A stretch of 33,619 nt of DNA from an uncultured Planctomycetaceae bacterium (GCA_964483755.1 CAZADC010000004.1:1-33619), one strand, 5' to 3'; shown: positions 8,003 through 16,244, counted from the stretch's first letter. Notes: generated by a model not told the origin, from the sequence alone. Numbers and translations are program-made.

Positions 8003-9754
8003 CTATCGCACTTCAAACGCGAAGATCGTCACAACTTCCGAGCCCCAGGTTGCCTCGGGAATCAAGCGCACCGCCGTCGCCGATTCTCCGAGCGGCGCCC
8101 GCACCAGTCGCTGGTAGTTGTTGGTGGCTCGATGCACCGTCTTCCAACATCCCTCGGCCTCGATCTCGAGCCGGAACGATTTCACCATGGTCGCAGGAAC
8201 GGCAAACGCCGGCATCCGGAGCGGGTAGGAGGCGATCATGTTCTTCCCGCCGCGATTGAGATCGCTGTCGAAGATGATCCGGGCTTCCCTCAGGCAGACG
8301 GCCTTGTCGAAGCGGTACTCGATGGCGTCGCCACAGGCGCCTCGCCAGCCGTTGAGGTCATCGCCCACCGGACGGTCGGTTCCATTCCGCAGCGGCTCCG
8401 GGTCGCCGGCGTCTGCTCTCAACCGGGCCGTTCGAGAGACATCGGACACGGTGCGGGTTCGCCAGGGCAAGTACGCATCGTCTTCCATGAGCGTGTCCTG
8501 CACAGAACCGAGCGATTCTTCATGGACGCCCCGTGGCGAAAGGCCCTGCGACTGGGCGACCGACGCAGCCGTGCCCACGGCCTGTCCGAGCAATGCGCAG
8601 GTGGCCATCACGCGCGTCGAGCTCATGGCCGCGTGCGTCACGCTGATATTCCGCCCCGCGCAGAAGAGGTTCTCGACGTTCCGCGAATACAGGCATCGGT
8701 AGGGAATTCCATAGGGCGAAGGGGCCGGATGGAAGATCGTGGGTCGCCCGGGATGTCGGAACCCGGCGGGATGATGGTCGTCCATCGACCATCCGCCGTA
8801 GGCGACGAGATCATCGAACCGCCCTTCGGCCCGCACGTCGTTCTGCGTCATGATGTAATCGCCGACGTAGCGGCGGCTCTCCCGTTTGCCCGGAAGGAAG
8901 CCCACCCATTCGAGCACCCAATTGTCCGCGCCGTGATCCCCGCGGTTCTTGATGTGGTCCCACACGCCGAACGCGATCTTCAGCAGCTCGTCGCGGAGCC
9001 TCTCCGTGTCGTGGATCGAGTCGAACTCGCCGCCCAGTTCAAGCCACCAGTAGTTCTGACGCCCCCCATGCCCCCTGATCAGATGGTCGCGGTTGGGAAG
9101 GTCCGAATCCGTCGCGTAGGTATTGGCCCACGCCGGCGGGATGAACTGCTGGGGACGGTCGGTCTCCCTCGCCTGGATGAGACAGCTCAGGCCCATTGTC
9201 TTGCGGTCGGCTACAGGCGGCTCGATGTCCTCGTCGAACTCCGACGCGGCCTCTCGACCGATGCGGAAATCAGCTCCGGTCAGCGGGGCGAGGATGCTGT
9301 CGCCGGAGCAGTCCGCGAAGCAGGCGGCCTCGACCGCGTGCCACGTCTCCGCCGTGGTCTGCCACCCCGTGACCGAGGCAATCCGGTTTCCACGCATGGC
9401 TGCCTGGTTGCAGGAGCAATTGAGCAGAAGCGTCAGATTGGGCTGGAAGCGGACCTTCTCGTAGAGAATGCTGTCCCAGATCGAGTAGTTCGGGTACCCG
9501 TTGCGATAGAGGTTCTCCAGTTGGATTTCCTCGATGATGCCCGTCTCGCGATTGTTCTCGCCATGGGCGCCGCAGATCCACATCCGGATCTCACTCGACG
9601 CATTGCCGCCCAATACCGGGCGATCGTGCATGAGCACGGTCTTCACGCCATGCCGCGCCGCCGCGATGGCGGCGCACATCCCGGCCAACCCGCCCCCGAC
9701 AACGCAGAACTCGGCTTGATGGCTGATCGTCTGCATTCGCATTCTTCCGTGCAC
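8003..9754 (-). CDS. FAD-dependent oxidoreductase (PF12831-like) with C-terminal beta-sandwich-like extension, ~578-583 aa
   Basis: AEFCVVGGGLAGMCAAIAAARHGVKTVLMHDRPVLGGNASSE is a FAD fold. Later motifs are ...FGVWDHIKNRG...LPGKRESRRY... It is a paralog of the 1-998 gene. The start is ambiguous: GTG 9754, ATG 9742 or ATG 9736. Confidence 0.88.
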   Translation of the reverse strand: MHGRMRMQTISHQAEFCVVGGGLAGMCAAIAAARHGVKTVLMHDRPVLGGNASSEIRMWICGAHGENNRETGIIEEIQLENLYRNGYPNYSIWDSILYEKVRFQPNLTLLLNCSCNQAAMRGNRIASVTGWQTTAETWHAVEAACFADCSGDSILAPLTGADFRIGREAASEFDEDIEPPVADRKTMGLSCLIQARETDRPQQFIPPAWANTYATDSDLPNRDHLIRGHGGRQNYWWLELGGEFDSIHDTERLRDELLKIAFGVWDHIKNRGDHGADNWVLEWVGFLPGKRESRRYVGDYIMTQNDVRAEGRFDDLVAYGGWSMDDHHPAGFRHPGRPTIFHPAPSPYGIPYRCLYSRNVENLFCAGRNISVTHAAMSSTRVMATCALLGQAVGTAASVAQSQGLSPRGVHEESLGSVQDTLMEDDAYLPWRTRTVSDVSRTARLRADAGDPEPLRNGTDRPVGDDLNGWRGACGDAIEYRFDKAVCLREARIIFDSDLNRGGKNMIASYPLRMPAFAVPATMVKSFRLEIEAEGCWKTVHRATNNYQRLVRAPLGESATAVRLIPEATWGSEVVTIFAFEVR

Positions 9755-9785
9755 ACCGGCGCCGGCCGAAGAATGACGGCCCGAT

Positions 9786-11018
9786 TCAGGGCGAGGCGGA
9801 CTCGTTTTCCTCGACCCTCTCCGCCGCCGCCGGACCGTCCTCCGATTCCTTCATGATGTCACGAATACGTGCGGAGAGCTTGGTCGAAATCTCGATCATG
9901 CCGTGGTCCGACGGGTGCAGCAGATCCCGGCTGAGGCCGGTGAAGCTGAGAAGGTCCGGTCCGCTGACGAAGTGGACATTCTCGTGGCCCGACGCGTCGA
10001 CGAGTTCCTTCAGGGCTTTCCGGTACGCCTTCGGCGTCGGATTCTTCCAGATGTCCCCCGTGCCGAACGGGAAGAGGCTGATGCAGACGATCGGGGCGTC
10101 GGGATGGCTCTCAGCCAGCTCGTCGATCATGTACCCGGCACGCTTCTTGAACTCTTCGACGGTGAAGCCCGTACCGGCCATGTTCACCGAGATCTCCAGC
10201 ACGCACAGGTCCCAGTCCAGGCCCGCCATGTAGTCGGCCATGGCCGGCTCGCAGAACGCCGTGCCGCTCGATCCGAGGTTGAGCAGATCGTGCCCGAGGG
10301 CACGGGCCGTCAATGCGTTCCAGGCCAGGTCGCCGCGGCTGGCGGCGTGGCCTTCCGTGATCGACGTGCCGTAGCTGAGCATTACCGGGGCAAGTTCCTC
10401 GGGCCTGGGCGGTCGGACGTTGCCTTCAATGCCGTGGAACGAGATCTCCCCGCCGTTGATGACCACGCGGCAGACCCGATTGGCGAACCGCCCCGGCGGG
10501 AACTGCTCAATCAGGCTGTCGAGCAGACCATGAGACAGCGGGGTGACAGGCCGTGCCTTGCCCCCAGTGCGCAGCCGGGACGTGCCGGCCAGCACATCCC
10601 CCCAGAAAAAGGTCAGCGTCGCGCCTTTCGTGGCCTGCAGGTGCAGCTTCACGTCGGAGGGCTTGACGCCCTCGCCCAGCACGAAGCGGATCTCGCTATG
10701 CCGGGCGAAACGCATCTTCTGCGCGCCGGAGCGTTCCTGTCCTTTGGGCGTCTTCTTGTCGAGCTTGCCCCGAACTTCCTTCGGCAGGCGGTAGAGCCAG
10801 ACTCCCTTCCCGTCCTCGGTCAGCTCGGCTCCCGCAAAGTTGTGGAGCTGGACCTTGTTCAACCACTCGGGCATCGCCGTGGTGGCATCGGTGTCGGATT
10901 CGGCCTGCTGGGCCATGGCGGAATGCGTCGAGAACAGGACCATGCACACGGCCAGCAAAACTGCCGCCATGCCCAGCCCGTACCGGGTTCGGGGTGAAGC
11001 GTCAATGGAATGCAGCAT
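9786..11018 (-). CDS. Secreted SGNH/GDSL-family hydrolase (CE2-like carbohydrate esterase architecture), 410 aa
   Basis: Start at ATG 11018 with AAGGAGA about 7 nt upstream. Signal peptide is ..GMAAVLLAVCMVLFSTHSAMAQQ. SGNH blocks: SYGTSITEGH (nucleophile Ser), LGSSG, and DLLHPSDHG (DxxH). An N-terminal ~170-aa beta-sandwich-like region precedes the esterase domain. The track N-terminal extension to 11288 is Arg-rich junk. Confidence 0.85.
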   Translation of the reverse strand: MLHSIDASPRTRYGLGMAAVLLAVCMVLFSTHSAMAQQAESDTDATTAMPEWLNKVQLHNFAGAELTEDGKGVWLYRLPKEVRGKLDKKTPKGQERSGAQKMRFARHSEIRFVLGEGVKPSDVKLHLQATKGATLTFFWGDVLAGTSRLRTGGKARPVTPLSHGLLDSLIEQFPPGRFANRVCRVVINGGEISFHGIEGNVRPPRPEELAPVMLSYGTSITEGHAASRGDLAWNALTARALGHDLLNLGSSGTAFCEPAMADYMAGLDWDLCVLEISVNMAGTGFTVEEFKKRAGYMIDELAESHPDAPIVCISLFPFGTGDIWKNPTPKAYRKALKELVDASGHENVHFVSGPDLLSFTGLSRDLLHPSDHGMIEISTKLSARIRDIMKESEDGPAAAERVEENESASP

Positions 11019-11065
11019 CGGAACGTCTCCTTCTGAAGGTTCGTACTCGCGGGAGTCCGGGCGGA

Positions 11066-11305
11066 TCACTCCACGGCGACCAGCGCGAAATCGTGCCTTT
11101 TCATGGTAAGTTCCAGGACGCCGGGGGCGATGCGTTTCAGCTCGACCGCCTTCAGCTTGGGTGCCGGCTGAGGCTGCTTGCGGTTGGGGCCCTTGGGGGC
11201 GGCGTTGCGGGCGGCGTCCTCGCCGGCGGCAGTTTGCGCCGCGGCCGGCAGGGCACAGGTCGCGAGGATGACCAGCGTCCGTGAGCATCGATTGGAGGCC
11301 TTCAT
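11066..11305 (-). CDS. Small secreted hypothetical protein, 79 aa
   Basis: ATG 11305 with AGGAG 10 nt upstream. Sequence MKASNRCSRTLVILATCALPAAAQT has a signal peptide, followed by a Pro/Lys/Gln linker and KAVELKRIAPGVLELTMKRHDFALVAVE. It is the first ORF of the minus-strand operon. Confidence 0.5.
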   Translation of the reverse strand: MKASNRCSRTLVILATCALPAAAQTAAGEDAARNAAPKGPNRKQPQPAPKLKAVELKRIAPGVLELTMKRHDFALVAVE

Positions 11306-11555
11306 GTTCGTATCGCTCCTGTCCTTGACTTTACCAGACTGGACCCGCAACTGCCCGGACGGACAGTCCGGAGGGTCCTCGCCCCGGCCCGCAAGCCGTA
11401 TATTGCGGTTTCGACGGTCCGGCAAACCGTTCGACGGGTCAGTCTCTCACGCCAGCCTACCGAGGACAGGGGCTTATATGTATGCCGTTTTGGTCCAAAA
11501 GTTTATCGTTTTCGGACAACCAGGACGATATCATGCCCATCGAGAGTGCCGAGTG
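11306..11555. promoter_or_regulatory. Divergent control region between the minus-strand operon and the XylR-like regulator
   Basis: 250-nt non-coding gap with locally AT-richer stretches (..cttatatgtatgccgttttggtccaaaagtttatcgttttcggacaacc..). Small inverted repeats are present (CCGGAC-5-GTCCGG; ACGGT-7-ACCGT). I could not pin down a clean -35/-10 pair. Confidence 0.4.
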
Positions 11556-12731
11556 ATGTATGCCTCGAAGAAGATCCTGCTGGTGTTGGAGATGGATTTC
11601 GCATGGGGCCGCGAGGTCGCTAACGGCGTTGTCGCTTTCGCACGCCCGGCGTTGCCGTGGCGGTTCGTCCGCCGCCACGCGTCGGCCCCGGCCGTCGGCA
11701 CGGGATCGTTCAATGCTGACGGCATCATCGGCACGTTCTGCGACAGCAATCTGCTGCGTCGCTTGCGTCGAACGGGTGTACCTCTGGTCGCCTTGGATGA
11801 TCCCTGCCCGGAGGGTGATCCCGGCCCGGCCGTGCTGGTCGATCACGTCGAGTCCGGCCGCCTGGCAGCCCGGCATTTCCTGGAGGCCGGCTTTCAGAGC
11901 TTCGCCTACGTGGGCTACGAGGGCTTTGCTCCCTGTCAACAGAAGTGCTCGGGAATGAGCGAAGTGCTGTCCGGGCGGGGAATGGAGTGCCGGACGTTCT
12001 ACTTGGGGAAGGACGCAGCGCCACCCGAGGGAGACTACCGCTCTCAGGCGATCGGCCAAAGCTCCGAATTCCGATCCTGGCTGGGCGATGCCAGTCGTCC
12101 CCTCGGCCTGTTGGCCAGTGACGACACCATGGGCATGGAGATCTCACAGGTCTGCGCGGAGGTGGGGCTGCGGATTCCCGAGGACGTATCCATGATCGGG
12201 ATGTACAACGATGACGTCACCGGCCGATTTTCGCTGCCGACGCTCTCCAGTATCGCCGCCCCGGCCCAGCGGGTCGGCTACGAGGCCGCCTCGATGCTGC
12301 ACCGGCTCTTCGCCGGACTGGGCCCGACCCGCAGTCGTATCGTTCTGCACCCGACAGGGATCGTTCACCGGCAATCGACGGACATGGTGGCTGTGGCCGA
12401 TCCGGAAACAGCCGAAGCGCTGCGTTTCATGCGGGACCATGCCCACGAGCGGATCGGCGTAGCGGACGTCCTGGAGCGAACGTCGATGTCCCGCCGCTCG
12501 CTGCAGCGGAAGGTGAGGGCGGCGCTGGGCGTATCACCGGGGGCGGCGCTGCGGCGGATACGCATCGAGCGGGCGAAGATGTCGCTGGCTCACACAGACA
12601 AGCTCATGCCGGCAATTGCTGCCGAGTCCGGCTTCTCCAGCTCATCGAAGCTCTCGGCCGTCTTTCAGAAGGCCACCGGCATGACGCCGCGCGAGTTCCG
12701 CCGCCAGTCCCGCCTCTGCGCCGACAAGTAG
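11556..12731 (+). CDS. XylR-like transcriptional regulator (periplasmic-binding-protein-like sugar sensor + AraC-type HTH), 391 aa
   Basis: Start at ATG 11556 (MYASKKILLVLEM...). The central region is LacI/PBP type-1 like (..LLASDDTMGMEISQVCAEVGLRIPEDVSMIGMYNDD..). The C-terminal AraC HTH pair is ..VADVLERTSMSRRSLQRKVRAALGVSPGAALRRIRIERAKMSL..IAAESGFSSSSKLSAVFQKATGMTPREFRR. Confidence 0.88.
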   Translation: MYASKKILLVLEMDFAWGREVANGVVAFARPALPWRFVRRHASAPAVGTGSFNADGIIGTFCDSNLLRRLRRTGVPLVALDDPCPEGDPGPAVLVDHVESGRLAARHFLEAGFQSFAYVGYEGFAPCQQKCSGMSEVLSGRGMECRTFYLGKDAAPPEGDYRSQAIGQSSEFRSWLGDASRPLGLLASDDTMGMEISQVCAEVGLRIPEDVSMIGMYNDDVTGRFSLPTLSSIAAPAQRVGYEAASMLHRLFAGLGPTRSRIVLHPTGIVHRQSTDMVAVADPETAEALRFMRDHAHERIGVADVLERTSMSRRSLQRKVRAALGVSPGAALRRIRIERAKMSLAHTDKLMPAIAAESGFSSSSKLSAVFQKATGMTPREFRRQSRLCADK

Positions 12732-13052
12732 CGTCGCCAGGCCGCACTCCGCCGGCCATGACGACAACAGGTCCTCGCAGGTTCATGCCGAGGCGGCTTT
12801 CCCCACCGGCGGATCGCGTGAGCCTCTGCAGGGACCCCACGGCGGCGAAGGCGAATATGATCGGGGCGATTCTATGCGGCGTCCGGCCTTGTCCAGGGCG
12901 GTCGTTCGCGACAACCGCAGACGCCTCTGCCCGCTTCAGGACTGTCCGGAACAACCACTTCGGCGCGGTCCTGATCGATCTGCTCGGCAGGGTCGTCGGC
13001 GACCGGGGCCTCAATCCGTTCTGGAAATCTGGCTTCTTTCCCTGTTTCTCCC

Positions 13053-13080
13053 TTGACGGCTCGCCGGGACGGGGTATAAT
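13053..13080 (+). promoter_or_regulatory. Near-consensus sigma70-type promoter, TTGACG-16 nt-TATAAT
   Basis: TTGACG at 13053-13058, a 16-nt spacer, and TATAAT at 13075-13080. It lies ~50 nt upstream of the GntR-like start at 13130. Confidence 0.6.
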
Positions 13081-13088
13081 TGTCTCAG

Positions 13089-13111
13089 TCTCTAGGATAC
13101 CGACTCTCTAG
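13089..13111 (+). promoter_or_regulatory. Operator-like direct repeat TCTCTAG (x2, 16-nt register) just downstream of the -10
   Basis: TCTCTAG at 13089-13095 and 13105-13111, each containing a CTAG palindrome. The repeats sit around the predicted transcription start of the GntR-like gene. Confidence 0.35.
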
Positions 13112-13129
13112 CGCAACGTGGAGCCAACG

Positions 13130-14206
13130 ATGGGTTTCCTGAGCATTCCCCAGCAGGTTGCGGATCGCATCCGGGCGGAAGCTGCGGCCTGCAAGGCCGG
13201 TGAGAGACTGCCCACGATCGCCGAACTCGCCAGCCGCTACGGCGTCAGCAAGCACAGCGTGAGCAATGCCGTGGACATCCTGGCGCGCGAGGGCGTGGTC
13301 ACCAAGAAGCACGGCGTCGGTGTGTTCGCCGCCGCCGGATCGCAGGCCCGGGTAGGCATTCTGTCCGAACTCGACCTGCTCGGCGAGTACGCCAGCCCGC
13401 ACTTCCGTGGACTGGCCGGGGAACTGACGCGGCGGCTTGAGGCAAAGGGCGCCGAGCCGATTCTCTACACCGGGCACGCCGTCGCGGGTTCGGGTGCGTC
13501 TGACGAGCCGACGTGCCGGCGTTTCTGGGACGATGTCGACGCCGGTCGGCTGGACGCGGCCGTCATTCTGGACGTGCCCTGCACGCAGGCGTGGCATAAA
13601 CGGGTTCGCGCCTGCAGGATTCCCGCCATCGGCGCGATGACCCGCTGGACGGTGGAACCGGACCGCCACGCCATCGCCGCCGCTGCGGTCAACCAGCTTG
13701 TCGGGACCGGCTGCCGGCGCCTGGGACTGATAAGCTGGCACAACGTCGAACCGTTTCTCGAAGCCGTTCAGTCCGCCGGGGTGGTCACCGACCCCGCCTG
13801 GATTCGCTGCGATCTCGACCCGGCCATCGAAGGCGTAGGCTGGGAGGAATTCCGCGAAATATGGAGTTGCCGATCCAGCCGCCCTGACGGGCTGGCCATT
13901 CTCGACGACGTGCTGTTCTACGGCGCGCAGTTGGCAATTGTCGAGGCGGGCGTTCGCGTCCCCGAGCAGCTCCGCCTGGCGGTTCAGGTCAACCCCGGCT
14001 TGAGGATGCCGATCCATCTGCCTGCCGCACGGATCGAGCTCGACCCGGCGCGCGAGGCGGCCCTGCTCGCCGACTGGACACTGCGACGCCTGCAGGGCGA
14101 GGCGGTTGCGCCGACGCATCAACGGATCCCGTACGAGCGGGTTATACCCGCAGGCGAATCAGCGCGTGCCGGCGCGGACGCAGCGGCGGCGCGCAACGAG
14201 AATTGA
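13130..14206 (+). CDS. GntR-family wHTH regulator fused to a LacI/PBP-type ligand-binding domain, 358 aa
   Basis: ATG 13130 with GGAG 6 nt upstream (the track start GTG 13118 is also possible). N-terminal GERLPTIAELASRYGVSKHSVSNAVDILAREGVVTKKHGVGVF is a GntR-type HTH. The remainder resembles a sugar-binding PBP fold (..RRLGLISW.., ..DGLAILDDVLFYGAQLAIVEAGVRVPEQL..). Confidence 0.85.
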   Translation: MGFLSIPQQVADRIRAEAAACKAGERLPTIAELASRYGVSKHSVSNAVDILAREGVVTKKHGVGVFAAAGSQARVGILSELDLLGEYASPHFRGLAGELTRRLEAKGAEPILYTGHAVAGSGASDEPTCRRFWDDVDAGRLDAAVILDVPCTQAWHKRVRACRIPAIGAMTRWTVEPDRHAIAAAAVNQLVGTGCRRLGLISWHNVEPFLEAVQSAGVVTDPAWIRCDLDPAIEGVGWEEFREIWSCRSSRPDGLAILDDVLFYGAQLAIVEAGVRVPEQLRLAVQVNPGLRMPIHLPAARIELDPAREAALLADWTLRRLQGEAVAPTHQRIPYERVIPAGESARAGADAAAARNEN

Positions 14207-14319
14207 CCCACTCTTCTCAAGGAGTAAACCGGGCCGACGCGCGGCCGAAGATTAGCCGTAGGTTACACGAGGAGAACAGAATCATGGTCAACGCGTTCCG
14301 GTTCAAGGAGGCATTCAAA

Positions 14320-15054
14320 ATGAGAAATCACGCGAGTCGCAACATCGGCCGTCATGCGACGGCCGCAGTACTGCTGATCGTGATGTGTGTCGCCAACGCC
14401 GCCGGCGCCGCCATGATCCCGATCAGCGCCGCCGACAGCAGCTGGAACCGCGCCAACAACACGAGCACGGCGATCGGCGGAAACACGCTCGTGGGCAATA
14501 ACGCTACGTCCGGTCCTCTGCGCGGGCTCTACACGTTCGATCTGGCGTCGCTGGAAGCTCTCTTGGGGCCCGGCGAGGAGCTTCAGGTCAATTCCGTAAG
14601 CGTCACCTTCACCGCCAACAACAACGATGGCGGTTTCACCGCGGGCGAATCCGAGGCGTTCGACGTCGTCCGGACCGCCGGCAACTACGTCGATCAGTCG
14701 TACGATGACCTCGGATGGGACGTCGATCCGTCCGCCGGCTTGGTCGCCGTGCTTGGATCCTTTACGGTAACCGACGGTGCCGTCTTGGGCGACACCTTTG
14801 TTCCCGTGTCCACCTCCGCGTTCGCCGAGGCGATCGAGGACATCGTCAACGTCGATTCTGCCAGCCGGCTGAATATTGTCCTGAAGGCCCAGACCGAGAC
14901 CACCACGGACTCGAACAATTTCCTGCGCCTCTATGGCACGTCGAGTCCGGGCACGCCACTGGAGGTCGACTACACGATCGTCCCCGAGCCGGCGACGGTC
15001 GCGCTGTTGGCCTTCGGCGCCGCGGGCGTCCTCGCTCGCCGCAGAAAGCGATAA
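14320..15054 (+). CDS. PEP-CTERM sorting-signal secreted protein, 244 aa
   Basis: ATG 14320 with AAGGAGG 7 nt upstream. Signal peptide is ..AAVLLIVMCVANAAGAA. The C-terminus VPEPATVALLAFGAAGVLARRRKR is the PEP motif plus TM helix plus basic tail. The body is Asn/Thr/Ser/Asp-rich and beta-sandwich-like. Confidence 0.88.
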   Translation: MRNHASRNIGRHATAAVLLIVMCVANAAGAAMIPISAADSSWNRANNTSTAIGGNTLVGNNATSGPLRGLYTFDLASLEALLGPGEELQVNSVSVTFTANNNDGGFTAGESEAFDVVRTAGNYVDQSYDDLGWDVDPSAGLVAVLGSFTVTDGAVLGDTFVPVSTSAFAEAIEDIVNVDSASRLNIVLKAQTETTTDSNNFLRLYGTSSPGTPLEVDYTIVPEPATVALLAFGAAGVLARRRKR

Positions 15055-15167
15055 GCAAAGCTCCATCCCGGCCCGGCGCGCGCCTGTCGCCCGCCGGCAC
15101 GGGACGGAACAAAATGCCGCCGCCGTGTCCCGGCAAGGGCGGAGGGCAAGATCTTTCGGGAGCAACT

Positions 15168-16061
15168 ATGCCAGGAACATCAACGCTCGTGATCGGCACC
15201 TCGACAAGGGAGCGGGCGTTTGCGCTCATCGATCTGCCTGCAGCCAGGCGCCGCGGTTTTACCCTCATCGAACTGCTCGTCGTCATCGCGATCATCGCCC
15301 TGCTGGTGACGATCCTCGTCCCCTCGCTTCAGGAGGCCCAGCATCTCGCCCGCGTCGCAACCTGCCTGGGCAATCAGCACAACATCTACCTCTCCACGGC
15401 GATGTACGAGAACGACTACGACACCGTCATGCCCATGCTCCGCCAGCCCAAGAAGGCCTTCGGCGTCGGCATCCCCTCCTACAGCGGCCCGGACTTCAGC
15501 GGCAACGCGACGATCTCCTTCGGCTCGCTGACGTGGGACGACTACGTCGACACCCAGGAACTTCTGACCTGCACGGACACGAAGTACATTCCCCTGCAGG
15601 GCGACGAGAGCAGCTGGTTCTGGCCTCACCTGGCGGCCGAGGGGGGCGGATGGAACTGGGGACACCGACCTCCGTTCGCCTTCCCCATGAAGGGCGTACA
15701 GGATTTCCTCGGAAGCGGGCACGGCTACGGCGGCGTGTCCAGCTACGCCATGCGCCGGTGGGATAAGATCCGCACGAGCGGCGAGCGCGTCGGGTACGAT
15801 TACTACCCCTACGTCGACTGGCGGCCGCTGACGTTCGACCGGTTGATCCCCCGCTTCAGAACGCTGATGGTCTGCAACCAGTCGCCCGGCTACCAGTACG
15901 AGACCTGCCACGGCGAGCGGGGGTCCAACCTGCTCGGCGTCGACGGCAGCGCGAAGTGGGGCGACTTCGGCGGCACCCCGCGACGCAGCTACTACGCCTT
16001 CGACTATCCCTACGGAAGCAACGCCACCACGATGTGGGGCTGGGCGGAAGACCAGTGGTGA
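15168..16061 (+). CDS. Prepilin-type N-terminal cleavage/methylation protein, DUF1559 / H-X9-DG-type pseudopilin-like, 297 aa
   Basis: RRRG/FTLIELLVVIAIIALLVTILVPSLQEAQHLARVATCLGNQHNI is the classic type IV prepilin motif and DUF1559-like helix. The C-terminal CHGERGSNLLGVDGSAKW is an H-x10-DG motif by my count. ATG 15168 has GGGAG 6 nt upstream. The track ORF from 14715 is an artefactual extension. Confidence 0.85.
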   Translation: MPGTSTLVIGTSTRERAFALIDLPAARRRGFTLIELLVVIAIIALLVTILVPSLQEAQHLARVATCLGNQHNIYLSTAMYENDYDTVMPMLRQPKKAFGVGIPSYSGPDFSGNATISFGSLTWDDYVDTQELLTCTDTKYIPLQGDESSWFWPHLAAEGGGWNWGHRPPFAFPMKGVQDFLGSGHGYGGVSSYAMRRWDKIRTSGERVGYDYYPYVDWRPLTFDRLIPRFRTLMVCNQSPGYQYETCHGERGSNLLGVDGSAKWGDFGGTPRRSYYAFDYPYGSNATTMWGWAEDQW

Positions 16062-16244
16062 GACGCGGTCACTGCCTCCGCGCGATCCGCGGGCCGGGAC
16101 CGAGGACCCTGTCTCGACATGTGTCGCTTGTGCCTGGGCAGTGTTGATGTCCGGCATATCGCACGCGGATTCGTTCGGTTCCGCAGCCTCGCGCGGGCCA
16201 TGACGAGCCCTGTCGCTTCGTAGTGAGCGATCTCCTCCCGAAGC

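Noticed and set aside
11413-11520. Shared CGGACAA / TCCGG(A)CAAAC(C)G-like strings in the divergent control region (about 11420, 11513) and downstream of the PEP-CTERM promoter (about 29995-30008) as a possible common operator
   Set aside because: The matches are short (7-12 nt) and imperfect, and need a 1-nt indel. In GC-rich DNA such matches are easily due to chance, and no statistics could be run.
12732-13052. 321-nt gap between the XylR-like stop and the GntR promoter, with track ORFs 12758-13111(+) and 12604-13014(-)
   Set aside because: Both ORFs are Arg/Pro/Gly-rich and lack an RBS or motifs. I found no convincing remnant or RNA structure, so I left the gap as unexplained intergenic DNA.
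14207-15167. Both intergenic gaps flanking the first PEP-CTERM gene are exactly 113 nt
   Set aside because: The two spacers share no sequence similarity, so the equal length looks coincidental.
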